Of a DNA stretch of 64,000 nucleotides, positions 20,164-32,720 are shown piece after piece (position 1 is the first letter of the stretch; every line of letters begins with the position of its first letter). Source of the stretch: Cyanophora paradoxa CCMP329 (taxonomy: Eukaryota; Plantae; Glaucophyta); the NCBI GenBank assembly GCA_004431415.1, contig QPMI01000408.1:372001-436000 (forward strand), written 5' to 3'. The position numbers and the translations under genes were made by a program. The notes below the pieces were generated by a model that was given only the letters and a program-made list of their open reading frames with translations, was not told the DNA's origin and made no database searches.

Positions 20164-21060
20164 ACTTCTGGAAAGATCTAGACTCTTGACTGAGATGCCA
20201 CCTCACTAAATTGTAACTGCTGTCCGACTCGGCGATGATCCGATGATCGCCGATATCGGATTTCATGGGGTTGATCATGCATATGATTTGCCCGTTTCGC
20301 ATAGGAATTCGAAGCCCCTGCGCATGCATGCGCAGATCTAGAGCAATTAAATTTAAGCGAATCATCGCGTACTAGGCCTGCGCATGCAGGTGAACTCCGA
20401 AGCCGCAGATCATCGGATCTAGACGTCTATATATATAGCTAGGCCTGCACATGCGCAGCTAGCGCTGCCGCAGTACTAGCTATAGTGCAGCTGGATGCAT
20501 GCAGCCGCTGATCATGATCATGAGCTGCGCGCGGCGCCGGCCCGGCGGCGCTGGCCGCGGCTGTACGCGTACGTATACGTATACGCGCGTGTGCGCTAGC
20601 GCTGCAGCTGGGCGCGGGCGCGCCTGGGCCGGCGCGGGCCGCGCGGCCGGCCGGGCGGCCCGGGCCGCGCGCGTGGAAGAGAAAAAAAGTGTGACTCAGT
20701 GAACCAGGGCTGTCCGCGTACCCGTCCGCGCAGCATCGCCCTCGCATTTCAGCGCGGTAAGCGGCCCTCCGGCACGGCCATACGGCTCTACAAGCTTTCT
20801 GACTATCGCACAGCCGTTCAGCGGTCGCTGTTCAACGGTTCGCAGCCGACGCGTTTCCGGCGGGCTTCCGAGTTCCGACGGGCTTCCGGCACAACGGGAG
20901 AGCCATCCACGCGTTCAAGAGAGCATTGAAGGTGCGCAGGGCGTGCCGCCCCTGACGCTGGCCGCGGGCCTCGCGCTGACCATGGAACCTCGCGGCAGTC
21001 GCATAGGTGACGCCGGCGTCCCACTACCGGAGCAGTTATTCACCACAGATTCTCGTCAAC

Positions 21061-22637
21061 ATGAGCGCCAGCCCCTCAACCGTCCCGGCGACGAAGACCA
21101 CGACGCCGACGCCCGCGGCCAACGCCGGCGCCGCGGTGCGCCTCCTCGTAACGCGTTCTTGCCTTGCGCTCATGACCACCTTTATTCGCTGCAGGCCCCC
21201 GCGCCGGCCGCCCCCTCGCCCGCGGAGGTGGAGCTCGCCAAGGCGCAGGCGGACCTTGCCAAAGCCCAAGTGCGCCCCTCCCGACTCGGCGAAGCTTCGC
21301 CGCCTCTGTGTTCGGCGTCGGCTCAGCCGCGCCCGCGCGCAGGCGGACGCCAAGGCCGCGAAGGACACTCTGGCTTCGAAGCAGCAGGCCGCCAGCACCG
21401 CCAAGGCCGCCGCCGACCAGGCGCGGGGCGCCTCCGCCGCCTCTCAGAAGGAGGTCGAGAAAGCGGTGGCGGACGAGGCCAAGGCCGTTAAGGAGGCCCA
21501 GGCTGCCCACTTGGAGCTCGAGAAGGCCAATGCGGTGCTGAAGGCTGCCGAGGAGAAGGCGGCGGCGGCCAAGGTGGTGGCCGACAAGGCCACGGAGGCG
21601 AGCAAGGCGGCGGCGGCGCAGGCTGCGACGGCCAAGGCGGCGGCGGACAAGGCGGCCAACGACAAACAGGCGGCCCAGTCGAAGGCGACCGGCGCGAAGG
21701 CGAAGCTCATCAAGTCTTCGGATGCGTCGAAGAAGGCGGCGGCGAAGGCGGCTGCCGCGAAGGAGAAGGCCGCCAAGGCCGCCAAGGCTGTCACGGAGAA
21801 GACGGCGACGGAGAAGGCGACGGCGGCGGAGCGGGCGGCGGCGAAGGAGGCGGCGGCCAAGGCGCAGAAGGAGGCGACGCAGCGGAAGGAGAAGGTCCTG
21901 GCGGCGAAGAAGGCGGTAGCGGAGGAGAAGGCCAAGGCGGCGGCCGCGGCGGAGAAGGCCGCGGCCGCGGCGAAAGCGGCGGCGGAGAAGGCTGCAAAGG
22001 CGGCGGCCGCGCCGGTCCGCAGCGCCTGCCTAGCCTCTCCGCAAGGATCACTGACCGGCCCCGCAGGAGCAGACGCAGCAGCAGAAGGACGCGGCGGCGG
22101 CGGCGGCCAAGGCGCAGGCTACCGTGGCCAAGGTCCAGGTACGCCCGCCCATCCCGAGCTCGCCTGCGCGCCCGCCTGCGCGTCTGCGTCCGGCTCCGAA
22201 GCTCAACCGCCCCGCCCCGCCCCGCCCCGCGAGCAGGCGACGGTGGCGGCCGCCGCGCAGCAGAAGGCGGCGACCGTCACCAGCACCACCACCACCGTCG
22301 GCCCCAAGACCATCCTCGACGCCTACAAGTTCGCGGCGCACGAGGCCGACGGCGAGGCCGACGACGACGCGGTGCCCAGCGCCGCCCATCTCGCGTATCG
22401 GCTTTCGCAATGGGTGGGTTGATTGCTATTTTCAGGACGCGCCGGCGACGGGCGACGACGACGCGATCGACGGCGATCACCACGCCCAGGTCCGGAAATT
22501 CGTTTCGATTTCCGAATTCCGAATCTGAGGCCGCTTCCTCCCAGTTCGCCGACGGCCTGTACGCCGACGCGGCCGACCACTACGCGTACGCGGGGGCCGA
22601 GGCCGGCTTTGGCTTCTCCTCCGGCCAGCTCCTGTAA
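21061..22637 (+). CDS. Ala/Lys/Glu-rich coiled-coil protein (multi-exon)
   Basis: ATG 21061; long exon of AAKA/AEKA repeats with GC3-biased codons; six GT-AG introns join in frame to TAA at 22637. Confidence 0.7.
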
Positions 22638-23058
22638 CTACGTATACGGATTGTGCAAGAACCAGATCGATCATGATAGAACCAGCTGGCCGCGGAGCAG
22701 GCCGCAGGGCCTTTCGTTAACGTCTAGATCTCGTTCTCGCGCCGGCGCCTCGCGCGGCGCGCGCGGGGCGCGCCCGGATTGGAGTGGCGTATACGTAGGG
22801 CAGCTGGGACTCGCCGAGTCGTACTCGCGAAGGCTACAGCGAAAGTGCTATAGCTAGCCTGCAGCTGCAGGCCGCCGCGTCGGTCCTATTGAGCTAGCCG
22901 GGGGGTACAAATACAGGGCGGGGGGGGGGGAGGACTTGAGGAATCGCCGCGGCACTTTGAGGAACCGCGGCGGCTCCTCCAGGAACCGCGGCGGTTCCTC
23001 GGCTGCGCCTTCCACCAGCGAGCGATCATCGGATCCCAGCAGGCCTAGGCGGAACCGC

Positions 23059-23130
23059 GCTAGTTCACGCTAGTTCTCGATAGTATTCACGCTAGTTCGC
23101 GCTAGTTCGCGATACGTTTGCGATACTTGC
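23059..23130. repeat. ~10-bp minisatellite (GCTAGTTCRC-like)
   Basis: gctagttcac/gctagttctc/gatagtattcac/gctagttcgc/gctagttcgc/gatacgtttgc/gatacttgc. Confidence 0.6.
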
Positions 23131-23363
23131 GGCACTCGGCGCCACCTTGAAGTATCGCAACAGGCGGGACATTTGCATGGCTCCGGTAGCGCGCTTCCAT
23201 CAGCGCCGCTAGCGTACGACGTCGACGTCGCCGGCCGCAGCGCTTTCGCCTGCGCCCTCGCGGGCGCGCCTCGCAGTCGCCTCCAGCTCCAGGGTACCTC
23301 GACTTGCATTTGAATTCGAATCAGCCCGGAGCGCCCTGCCACCTGCGAGCTGCAGCCAGAAGC

Positions 23364-25321
23364 ATGGAGAACGCCAGTTTGCCGTGGCCGCTCGGCCTCG
23401 CCTGGGGCCGTGACTGCGCGCCGGAAGACGATGAGTGGGAGACGATGGTCATGATGGGCCCGGGCTATCAGCCGCGGAGCAACGCTCGGCGGTCCGACGA
23501 GCTGCGGGCAGACAAGCCGCCGCGCGTGGGCCAGACGGTGGCGCTGCAGCTGAAGATGCACGCGCCCGACGGCGAGCGCGACGCGCACGTCGACCCGTGC
23601 GAGCTCGACGTGAACGAGCCGTGGGAATCCGACTGCGTCGTCCGCGGGACCGTCGAGCGCGTCTTCGCCGCCCCGCGGATCGCCGCCGTCGCCGTCGCGC
23701 GGGTGCGTCCGGCCCCGATTTCAAATTCACATACGGAGGTCGTGCCCGGTGGCCTCCGCTCACGCCGTGCGCAGGTCAGCGTCTCGGCGAACGCGTCGAG
23801 GGACCTGCGGCAGGCCTTCGACGACGGCAGCGAAGATGGCGAGGAGAACGACGGCAGCGAGGGGAGCGACGGCGGCGCGGGCAACGCGGGCCCCGCGGAG
23901 GAGTGGATCGCCGTCCTGCGCCACGAGCGCACGAAGCGCATGGTGCGGGCGCTGCCCATCCCTCCGAGGCTCTTCCGCCGCCGCCCCCCGCTGAGGCCGC
24001 GGCGCCCGGCTGGCGATCGGCAGCACCGGCTGGTGGCGCTGGCTCCGGCCTTTGACCCCGCGGCCGCCCCGCTGCTGGACCCGTGCTCAGACCTCCACCT
24101 CCGCCTCGACCGTCTCGCCAAGGACCTGGGTGCGCCCGCCCCGCCCCGTCCGCCCGCCCCGCCCCGGACTCGAGCCCGAGCCTTGAGCCTGGCACCCCGC
24201 CCCGCCCCGCCCTCTCGCAGCGCGCGAGGCGAAGTCGATGATCCTGCGCCTGCGGATCCGCCTCCTCGGCATCGACCCCCCGATTCACCGCACCGTCGAG
24301 ATCCGCGGTACCCCCCTCCCCTCGCCCTCTTTCCCGTACCCGGGGGCGCTCGCCGACGCCCACCCGCCCTCGGCAGGGGACTCGCCGCTCTTGGTCGCCC
24401 ACAGCGTTCTCAACGAGGCGATGGGCTGGAACGACAGTACGCCCCTCGTACCCCGTACACAGCTGGGACCTCCGGTACCCCCCTGAAATCGCGTACCCGC
24501 AGGCCACATGCACCAGTTCCACGTTAAGGGGCTACACGCCGTCGACGAGCTTCCCTTCGACGAGGGACAGGTGGAGGTACCCCCCCGCATGCAACTGCGC
24601 CGTACCCCCAGTTCGGGCTCGCCCGTGCTCCGCTGATGTCCCGCCAGGAGAACAAGCTCAAGCTGTGCGACCTGGGGCTCGTGAAGGGGGACCGCTTCTG
24701 GTACCACTACGACAGCGGTGCGCCCGTGCCCCTCTGGTATTTTTCCCATCTAACCCGCGGCGGTACCCCATAGGGGACAACTGGTACCACGAGGTGGAGG
24801 TGGAGGCGGTCTTTCCCCCCCAGCGCGGCATCTCGTACCCCCGCTGCACGGACGGGGCGCGGGCGTGCCCGCCCGAGGACTCCGGGGGCGCGGGGGGGTA
24901 CGAGGAATTCCTCGCTGCGGCGACGGACCGCTCGTCACCCCGTGCGGCCGCGCGCGCCGTTTCGCCCCTGTACCCCCTTGAGCGCCCGCCGGGCGATGCG
25001 CAGGGTACGAGGCGTGGCGCGTGGAGTGGGCGGCCGACCAGGTGCCCGCCACCCCGCCTCCTCCCCCTCGATCCACGCCGACGCGGGTACCCCGCAGGCG
25101 GCGCGGACGCGGACGAACCGGGGCGCGGTGGCGGGGGGCGTCTGGCGCCCCGAGCACTTCGACGTCGCCGCCGTCAACGCCGTCCTGCCCCAGGCCCGCC
25201 CGCCCGCCCGCCCGCCCGCCCTCCCGCCCGGGCCCTGACGCCGCGGCAGGCGGTGCGGCGGGGGAAGCAGCGGCAGACGGGGGCGTTCTGTGAGCCGGAG
25301 GGCATGTACATGGGGCTCTGA
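23364..25321 (+). CDS. Plasmid pRiA4b ORF-3-like domain protein (multi-exon)
   Basis: LRIRLLGIDPPIHRTVEI, AMGWND.HMHQFHV, YHYD.GDNWYHEVEVE, YPRCTDGARACPPEDSGGAGGYEEFL, PEHFDVAAVNAVL. Confidence 0.8.
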
Positions 25322-25711
25322 TCATGAGCGGCGGGGCCCGCCCCGCGTTGCGCTCGACCCTCGACCCGAGAGTGCTTCTCCTCCGGGACCCCCAGCGGCG
25401 CATATCCATTACGGCACGTTGACTCCTAGCCGCAGCAGCTCATGATCAGTATGTAGGCTCCGGCGCTATGGCCTTCGCGACGCTCCGATTTCGGTGCCAG
25501 CATTAGGTGTTAGTGCTATGGTGTTTGTACGGGACTCCCGGGAAGGTGGCATTGTACGGAAGCCAACTAACGTGCGTTAGTTAGTCAACACTCTGCAAAT
25601 GCAGTGCACACACACACACCAAAGCCAACACTAACGGAGCTATTAGGTGTTGGTTGGCATTTGCAGAGTGCGCAGCGCACGCGCGCGCGCATACGGAGTG
25701 CATCCGATGAT

Positions 25712-26200
25712 CGATAACATACCAATTCGAGGCGACTAACGATGAAAAGATACGGAGGCGAGGAAGACAGAGAAGCGCCAGGGAAAAAAAAGGGCAGGCG
25801 CTCGGCCCGGCCCGCGAGCTGCAGCTGGCGGGCGCCAGCTTATACATCTGTGCACACAGAAGCGAAAAAAAAGGCACGCGCAGCCGGCGCCGGCTCGGCC
25901 CGCGAGCTGCCTAGCGCTGGGGCTCGGCTCTAGGCGGCGGCGAGGTCCTCGGCACTAGCTAGCGCTGGGGCTCGGCTCTAGGCGGCGGCGCTGGAGCTCG
26001 GCTCCGCCGCTTTCCCGCGAAAGGACAGCCGGCGCCGGCTCCGATAACATATCAATTCGAGGCGACTAACGATGAAAAGATAAGGAGGCCCGAGGCGAGG
26101 AAGACAGAGGAGCGATAAAAAGGGCAGCGGGCGCCGGCTAGCTTGTCTCTAGGCGGCGGCGAGCTCATCTATCTCGCTTGCCCTAGGCGGCGGCGAGGTC
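25712..26200. repeat. Local duplications in the region downstream of the FYR gene
   Basis: CGATAACATAYCAATTCGAGGCGACTAACGATGAAAAGATA at ~25712 and ~26042; CTAGGCGGCGGCG at ~25930, ~25978, 26149 and 26183. Confidence 0.7.
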
Positions 26201-29200
26201 CTCGGGGGTGACGGCGTAGTAGACGAGGCCCGAGGCGGTCTCCACCTCCTCCGCGCTCTCCACGCAGCCCCACGCCGCGTCCCTGTACCCCCCCGGCCCT
26301 CAGCCGCGTCCTGGGGGGGGGGGAAGCGGGGGAGGGGGGTACCATATCTCGGCGACCTCGCGCTCGAAGAGGCGGGAGGCGGTCCGCACGAGCTCGTGGA
26401 GCGTCGCCGGCACCTGCCGCGGGGCATGAGGCGGGGCGGGCCGGCGGGTAGAGAGGCGCTGGAGGACGAGAGCGCTGTCTCTCTCAAAATTAGGTGAGAG
26501 CTCTAGGTCCACTTAGCCCCGCTTAGCTCCAGATTAGAGCTCTAGATCTAGGCCACTGGGGCGGATTGGGAGGGCGGGCAGACGCGCGCCCTCTTCATAG
26601 CTCTAGATTGAAGCTCTGCAGCGTGGTGGGTCTAAAATTAGATCCGAGCTCTAGGTCCACTCGGCTCCGAGGAGGGGCGGCTAGGACGCGAAAAAAATTT
26701 GCTCGGATAGGTCCGGCCAGGCAGGGAGGGGGTTGCCGCTGTTTCCAGCGGCTCGGCCGGACCCTAGGGCGGCTAGGACGCGGTCTTGTCCTGGGGGAGG
26801 GGGGGGGTACCTGAACGCCGACGCGGGGGCCCCGCGGGCCCTGCGAGAGCAGCCGCAGCTGCACCGTCCGCCCGAACGCCGGCAGCGGCGGCGCCGGCGC
26901 CTCTGCGCAGGCGACGTGAGGGCGGGGCGAGGGTGCGGCGGGACGAGATGGGGGGCGCGCACCGTCGTCGTGTGCGCCCGGGGGCGGGGGAACGGGGGGG
27001 TACGGCGGCTCGGCGAGCCAGGGCCAGGGGCACACGGTCTGCGTCTCGACGGAGCGGCGCCCGTGCGCGTCCGGCACCTCCCACCCGGGCGACCTGGCGC
27101 TCAGATCAGATCAGATCAGATCAGATCGGATCAGGTCAGATCAGGTGAGAGGGGGAGAGCACGCACCGCTGGGCGCGGCGCTGGGCGCGGGCGGCGGCGG
27201 CGTGGAGGGAGAGGGCCGCCGAGTGGGACACGAGGCTCGCGAAGTCGATGCGGGGCGGGGGCCCGGCGGCCGCCGCGCACGGGCCGCCCCCCAGCGGCCC
27301 GTCCTCCTCGTGGAACGACGAGGGCGAGGGCGCCGGCGGGGCCGAGGCCGAGGCCGAGGCGGAGGCGGAGGAGGCGGAGTAGGGGTTGGGGGAGGGCCGC
27401 GGCGCCGGACGCTTCCTCCTCCGCCCCCCCTCCCGCCCCTCCTCCTCCTCACCTGACTCGGAGTCCGAGGAGGCCTCCGAGTCCTCGAAACTGCGCGCGC
27501 GCGGGCCAGGGTGGGGCGGGGCGGGGCGAGGCCGCAGTCAGCGGGGCCGCCCCTTGCGCCCCAGGCTCGAGGAGACGGCTCGAGGGCCGGGGCGGCCGGC
27601 GCTCGGGCCGTCTCGCCCCCTATGGATTTCGCGACGCTCACGGCTCTTCGAGCCTCTTCTGCAAGAGGCGCACCGCTGGCACTTGTCGACGTTCGGGAGG
27701 GCCTTGATCCGCCTCCGAATCTATCCCCGCCCGGAGTATTAGAGGAGAAGAGAAGAGGAGAAGAGGGGAGAAGGGGCGCGGGCGCACCTCGGGGTGGCGG
27801 AGGCCGAACATGTACCCGTCCAGCTTCGTAAAGTGGACTGGAGGAAAGGGGTCAAACAAACAGAGGACAAGAAGCGAGGTGAAGGTGCGGGAAAGGGGCG
27901 GGGGCGGACGGCGGTCGGCGCGGGGGACGCCCGGCAGGGAGAGGAGGCTCTCCGGGATCGCCTTCACGCGGCTCCACAGCTGCTCCAGGTCCGCGCTCTT
28001 GGGTGGGGGGGGGGGGGGGTCAAAGAGGGGAGGGGGGGGGGTGGAGCGGTGGAGGGGCACCAGGTCGACGCTCTTCGGATCGTTCAGGGGGACGGCCTGA
28101 GATGCAAGGGACGGGGGAAGGAAGGGAGCGGTCAGGGGCGGGCGGCGGGCCTCGGGGAGGGGCCGGATGGGGGTACCTTGAACATCGGGTTGAAGTCGCC
28201 GACGTCCATAATCTCTGTACGGGGGTGAGGGGGGAGAAGCGGGGGGTACGAGGGGCCGAGGGGCACCGAAGAGCCAGGTGGTGCGGTTGGTCGGGAGGGT
28301 GGGCCCCGGCAAGTCGAATTCGCAGCGGTACCCCGCCGGGTAGATCAACTTCTCGTCGTGGAAACCGGGCTGAAGCGGAGGGGGGGTACGTCAGCCGGGG
28401 CGGGCCGGGAGGGTCGCGGGGGGTACGACCTTGTTCCAGACGACGCGGCCCCACTGGCGTACGAGGATGCCGTCGAACTCCTCGCCCCCCCCCTCGGCGC
28501 GGGCCGCCGAGGCCGCAGCGCTCTCCTCCTCCCGCTTCTGCGGTCGCCGTCAGAGAGAACGAGGGAAAGAGGCCCGACGAGGATTCGAAGCGAGGCCAAG
28601 GGAGGGGGGCGCGAGCCTTCTGCTGGTTGAGGGCCGCTCGCAGCGGGTCCGCCATGTGGACCTTCGCGGAAAAGAGGTCCTAAGAGTCGAAGGAGGACGG
28701 CGGAGGGGGGAAGGAGCCTCCGGGGGGTGTACCTTCGCGACCTTTGCGACCTTGCGGCGGCCGGCGCCGCGCCTCTTGCCGAAGCCGCGGCTCGGAGCCG
28801 CCGCCGGCTTGAAGTAGGGCCCGGAGCCGGCCTCGGTCGAGGAGGCCGGCTCGAGGGGCGGCGGGCCCGGCTCGAGGCCGTCGGCGGGGGAAGCCGCGGC
28901 CGGCGTGGGCGGCGCGGGGTGCGTGACGACCAGGGAGGGGTTGCTGTGGCCGGGCCGGGGCGGGCTCGGCGCCGAGAAGGCAGAGGCGGCCGAGAGCGGG
29001 CGCCCGCCCGGGAGGCCCGAGCGGGCGGCAATGGCGGCCGCCGCGGCGGCCGCGGCCGCGCGCTCGGCGCCCGTCGACGGTGCGATCTGCGCCGGCGGGA
29101 GGTGCGGCGCGGGGTGGGCGGCGTGCCCGGGGGGCCGGGCCGCGGGGACCTTGGGCTCCAGGGGAGGGATCGTGCCGCCGGCAGCGCCGCCGGCGGCGGC

Positions 29201-29637
29201 GATCGCGGCGGCGGCGCGCTCGGCGCCGGTGGACGGGGCGAGCGGCGGGTGCAGGAGGTGCTGGCGCTGCGGCGAGGACGCGGAGTGCCCTACAGGCCGG
29301 GCCCCGGCCCCGGCGCCCCGGCGCCTACAGCCACGGACGGAGCGGGACGCGCGGGGGCGCCCGCGGAGGGCGGTGCGGGGCCCGAAGTGTAGCCGGGAGC
29401 GCCCGCCCTACCAGCTGCGGCATGCGCGTGGACGGCACCGGGGGTCTGGGGCGCCAGCGACGTGCCGGCGGGCGCCGCCGCCGCGCCGACGCCGGGCGCC
29501 GAAGCCGGGGCGGATCCGGGCGAAACTCCCGCGAGTTTGTGCTCTTGGTTCGTCGAGGGATGCGCCGTGGTCGCGGCGTGAGCGCGCGACGGGTCGCTGG
29601 TGCGCGCGCCGACCGAAGTCGCCGAGCTCGACGACAT
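26183..29637 (-). CDS. FYRN/FYRC-domain protein with possible C-terminal KHA/ubiquitin-like domain (multi-exon)
   Basis: Spliced motifs GRVVWNK-PGFHDEKLIYPAGYRCEF...TWLFEIMD (FYRN) and LEQLWSRV...DGYMFGLRHPE...IKALPNVDKC (FYRC); tail VPATLHELVRTASRLF. Confidence 0.7.
27101..27145. repeat. (TCAGA)n microsatellite in an intron
   Basis: tcagatcagatcagatcagatcagatcggatcaggtcagatcagg. Confidence 0.85.
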
Positions 29638-31457
29638 GCGTGTACGCAGATGCTCCGGTGCGTGCCGGACCGTCTCCGACCCCCTCGCGGCGATGTGACG
29701 CGACTCAGATATGTCGGGACTGCTGTTCGGCGCGTGCGCTCGCGCCCCGCGCTTGCAGCTGTCGGTCGACGTTAAACGCGCCAATGGCTACTTGCTGTTT
29801 CGCCGCAGGTTCATCTGGCGCCGATGCGTTGTCGATAAACTCACAAAATGAACACGATGTAGAAGTTCGCTTCAACCTGCGATGCCCGGACGACGTTAGC
29901 TAGATATCGCGAGCGACTGCCAGATAAAGACGCGCGGCGGGCTTCAACTTCCACAAATTGTAGTGCAGCACGCCATCGCTCACCAGGATCTCGCGCAAAT
30001 GAAGCAAAGTCGAGGCGTGGAGGCCCGAATTCGGACGTTCCGTCGACCTCGACAACCGGGGTACAGGTTATCGACGCATTTCGTCGCACGCTTCAAGGCT
30101 TGCTTGCATGCGCGGAAGTCGGGATTTCAACAAAATCAAAGCACCCTAACTCGCAGGCGTAGCTGATCACGAGTCTGACCGTCGGACATGAAATGCGCAC
30201 TGACACATGCGCCGTGCCACGGTGTACCGGCCGCGCGCGCTCGCGTCCGACCGTCGGACTCGGCGATGGTCGATTCACGGCGCACGTGCACGTGGCACTA
30301 AAGCATGTACTGCGGCCGGCAGCCCGCGCGCGGCCGGAGCGTTACAGATCTAGACTCTCAGAGTCTAATATAAGAACTTCGGAAGGTATAGGCTCGCCCA
30401 CGGCGCCCGGCGGCCTGAAGTCTAAAACCCAAGCCCCTGAGCCTCTTCTGGGGTCGGCCTGTGCCGCGCGCGCGCCTGCGCAGCTGCCAGGCTGCAGTGT
30501 ATTGCCGCAAGTTGCGTTTGCGCATGCCAGTTTAACGGCTTAATTTAAGCTGGCAATTGGCACCGCCGGGCCGGTTAACGTTCACGCGTAGCTGCGCGGC
30601 ACTGGCACATCGATATCATGGCATGTACAGCGGCTCTGCCGCATGCGCAGATCTAGATCTAGACTGCAGCTGAGAGCGCGCGGCCCGCGGCCCGGCTGGG
30701 GCATCATCTAGATCTAGATCTCGAGCTCAGTCTCATATTTAATTCAATGATTCACCAACGTTAACACCTGCCAGGCTGGCGCGTGGAGCCTCACAGCATT
30801 ATATAAATGATATCGATATCGATATTGATCATGACCATCGATGATATCGATCACCCCGAACGTGCACCCGTGGCCGGGCTGCAAATATAAATATATAAGA
30901 ACTCCAGAAAATATTATATTTAGAAATGGGGCACTCCATATGTAAGAACAATGCAGCGCGGCGCATACTCAAAAGTTTCATTTCTTTTATTTACGGGCGC
31001 TAACACAGCACTAGCTATTGAGTGCTTGCTCGAGCTCGGCGCCTGGCATGCGCCGAAAATTGCGACGAACTTGGAGAGGACAAGCAGATCTAGACAATTT
31101 CTTGCCAACTTGGCAAGTTGAAGACTCGAACATATAGATCTAGACAGATGCATAGAATACCATATCTAAATCCAGACGGACTGGGGGAAAGCGAACTAAG
31201 AATATTACAAAGCGATGAGGCCTTGGGGAATGATATCCTTATATAATTATAAGGAGTCTACAGCGAATGCGAGGCAGTAATGTAAACGTTTAAAGTTGAA
31301 TAGACTTTCAAAGGGGCCTATGGGCTACGAAGCGTGTGAGCCTATATGCGAAACCAACAAGCGAGCCCTAATCCTGAAAGAGTGGTTCGATGGCCGCTCA
31401 CCGGTAGCCGCTCTTGTTGTGGTCGACAAACGTCGTCTGCGGGGGACAGGCGGGGCG

Positions 31458-32041
31458 TCAGGCGGGGGGTACACGCGGCGAGGCGGCGGGGGGTACAGGA
31501 GGGCGCACCCGGTACATGGTTTGGAAGGGGTTGTACTTGTAGACGGGCGGCGCCGGCGCGGCGGAGGCGTGCCGGTCGGGGGCCGGGGCCGGCGCGGGGG
31601 ATCCGGAGGGGGAGGCTGCCGGCGGGGGGGAGGGGCTGGCGTGGGCGGCCGGCGCCTTGGCCGCCTCCGACTTGGCGGTCGAGCCGAGGTTCAGATACAT
31701 CCTCCGCTGCGCAGGGCGGCCGGCCGCTTCTCGTCAGCGGCGGGGAGGCGGGGGCGCGGCGCGCTCGCAATTTGATCAGGCCCCCAGGCCCGGCCGCGCG
31801 CGCGCCTCACCTTCTCGTCGGGATCAGCGAACTCGTAGGAGTAGGTGCTCCTGCGCGAGAGATATAAGCAAGCAACGCCGAACGGAGGAAAGCTTAGGCC
31901 CGCCGCGCCCCCGCCGTCTCCCTCGAAGCTCGAGTCGAGAAGCTTCCGGATCCGCGCGCGGGTCCGGACACACGCGCGGCTCGGGCCCCGCGGGGAACGC
32001 CGAAAGGCGAAAACGCACCGGAAGTGGTTGTATGCCGGCAT
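31458..32041 (-). CDS. Small Pro-rich hypothetical protein (copy 1; copy 2 at 39855-40436)
   Basis: Exon-like segments MPAYNHFR, STYSYEFADPDEK and ...PPVYKYNPFQTMYRVRPPVPP* bounded by GT/AG; structure uncertain. Confidence 0.35.
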
Positions 32042-32720
32042 TGTATCGTTGAAACGCTCGTGGACCGCGAGCTGGGACTTCACCTGCCGAGACGTCGACG
32101 ATAAGGCGGCGGCCGGGCCTTGCGGGCTTCGCGGTGGGATGCGAGTGACACAAAGATCGTCTAGCAGTCGTTTCGCGACTTCCGCTCACCACAGGAGGCT
32201 GGGCTTGGGCTGTTCTCGGTCTGCGGGGCTGCCGGCCGTGCGATGCAAAGGACGCGGAAGGCGACTGCAGGTTTAACAACTGATCAGCACGATGAAGCAG
32301 GCGCACACCGGAGGGCACAGCAGCGGACCTGGAAGTTTCGTCGACTTTTTTTCCACGCCCGTCAGCTGTACCCAGACTGCTCCATTCTTGCGGACCCCCT
32401 CGCGAGCAGCTGGCGATGGAGCCGAGGCCGCCTCCCTCTAGGGAGGCATCTCTTTCGGCACGCCAGCCGTGGGTTTCCAGGTCGCTGGCCGAGTACGTGC
32501 TGTCCGCGCCTGCGCTTCACGAGCAAGCGCCGCAAGACACACGGTGAGACGCAATCTGTAGGCCAGGCGTCCCAGGCGACGACCCCGCTCGAGCCGAGCG
32601 CGACGGCCAGGCTGCGATTGCGGTCTGATAACCGCCGCGTCGCGCAGCCGCCTGCCGCCGCATCTACCGCTCCCGCCTCTGAAGCTACCGATCCCCGAAA
32701 AGCCGTTCGAGGACCCGCGC

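Noticed and set aside
21007-22422. TolA or histone H1 assignment for the Ala/Lys-rich protein
   Set aside because: Similarity would be compositional only; no TolA C-domain, transmembrane anchor or H1 globular domain seen.
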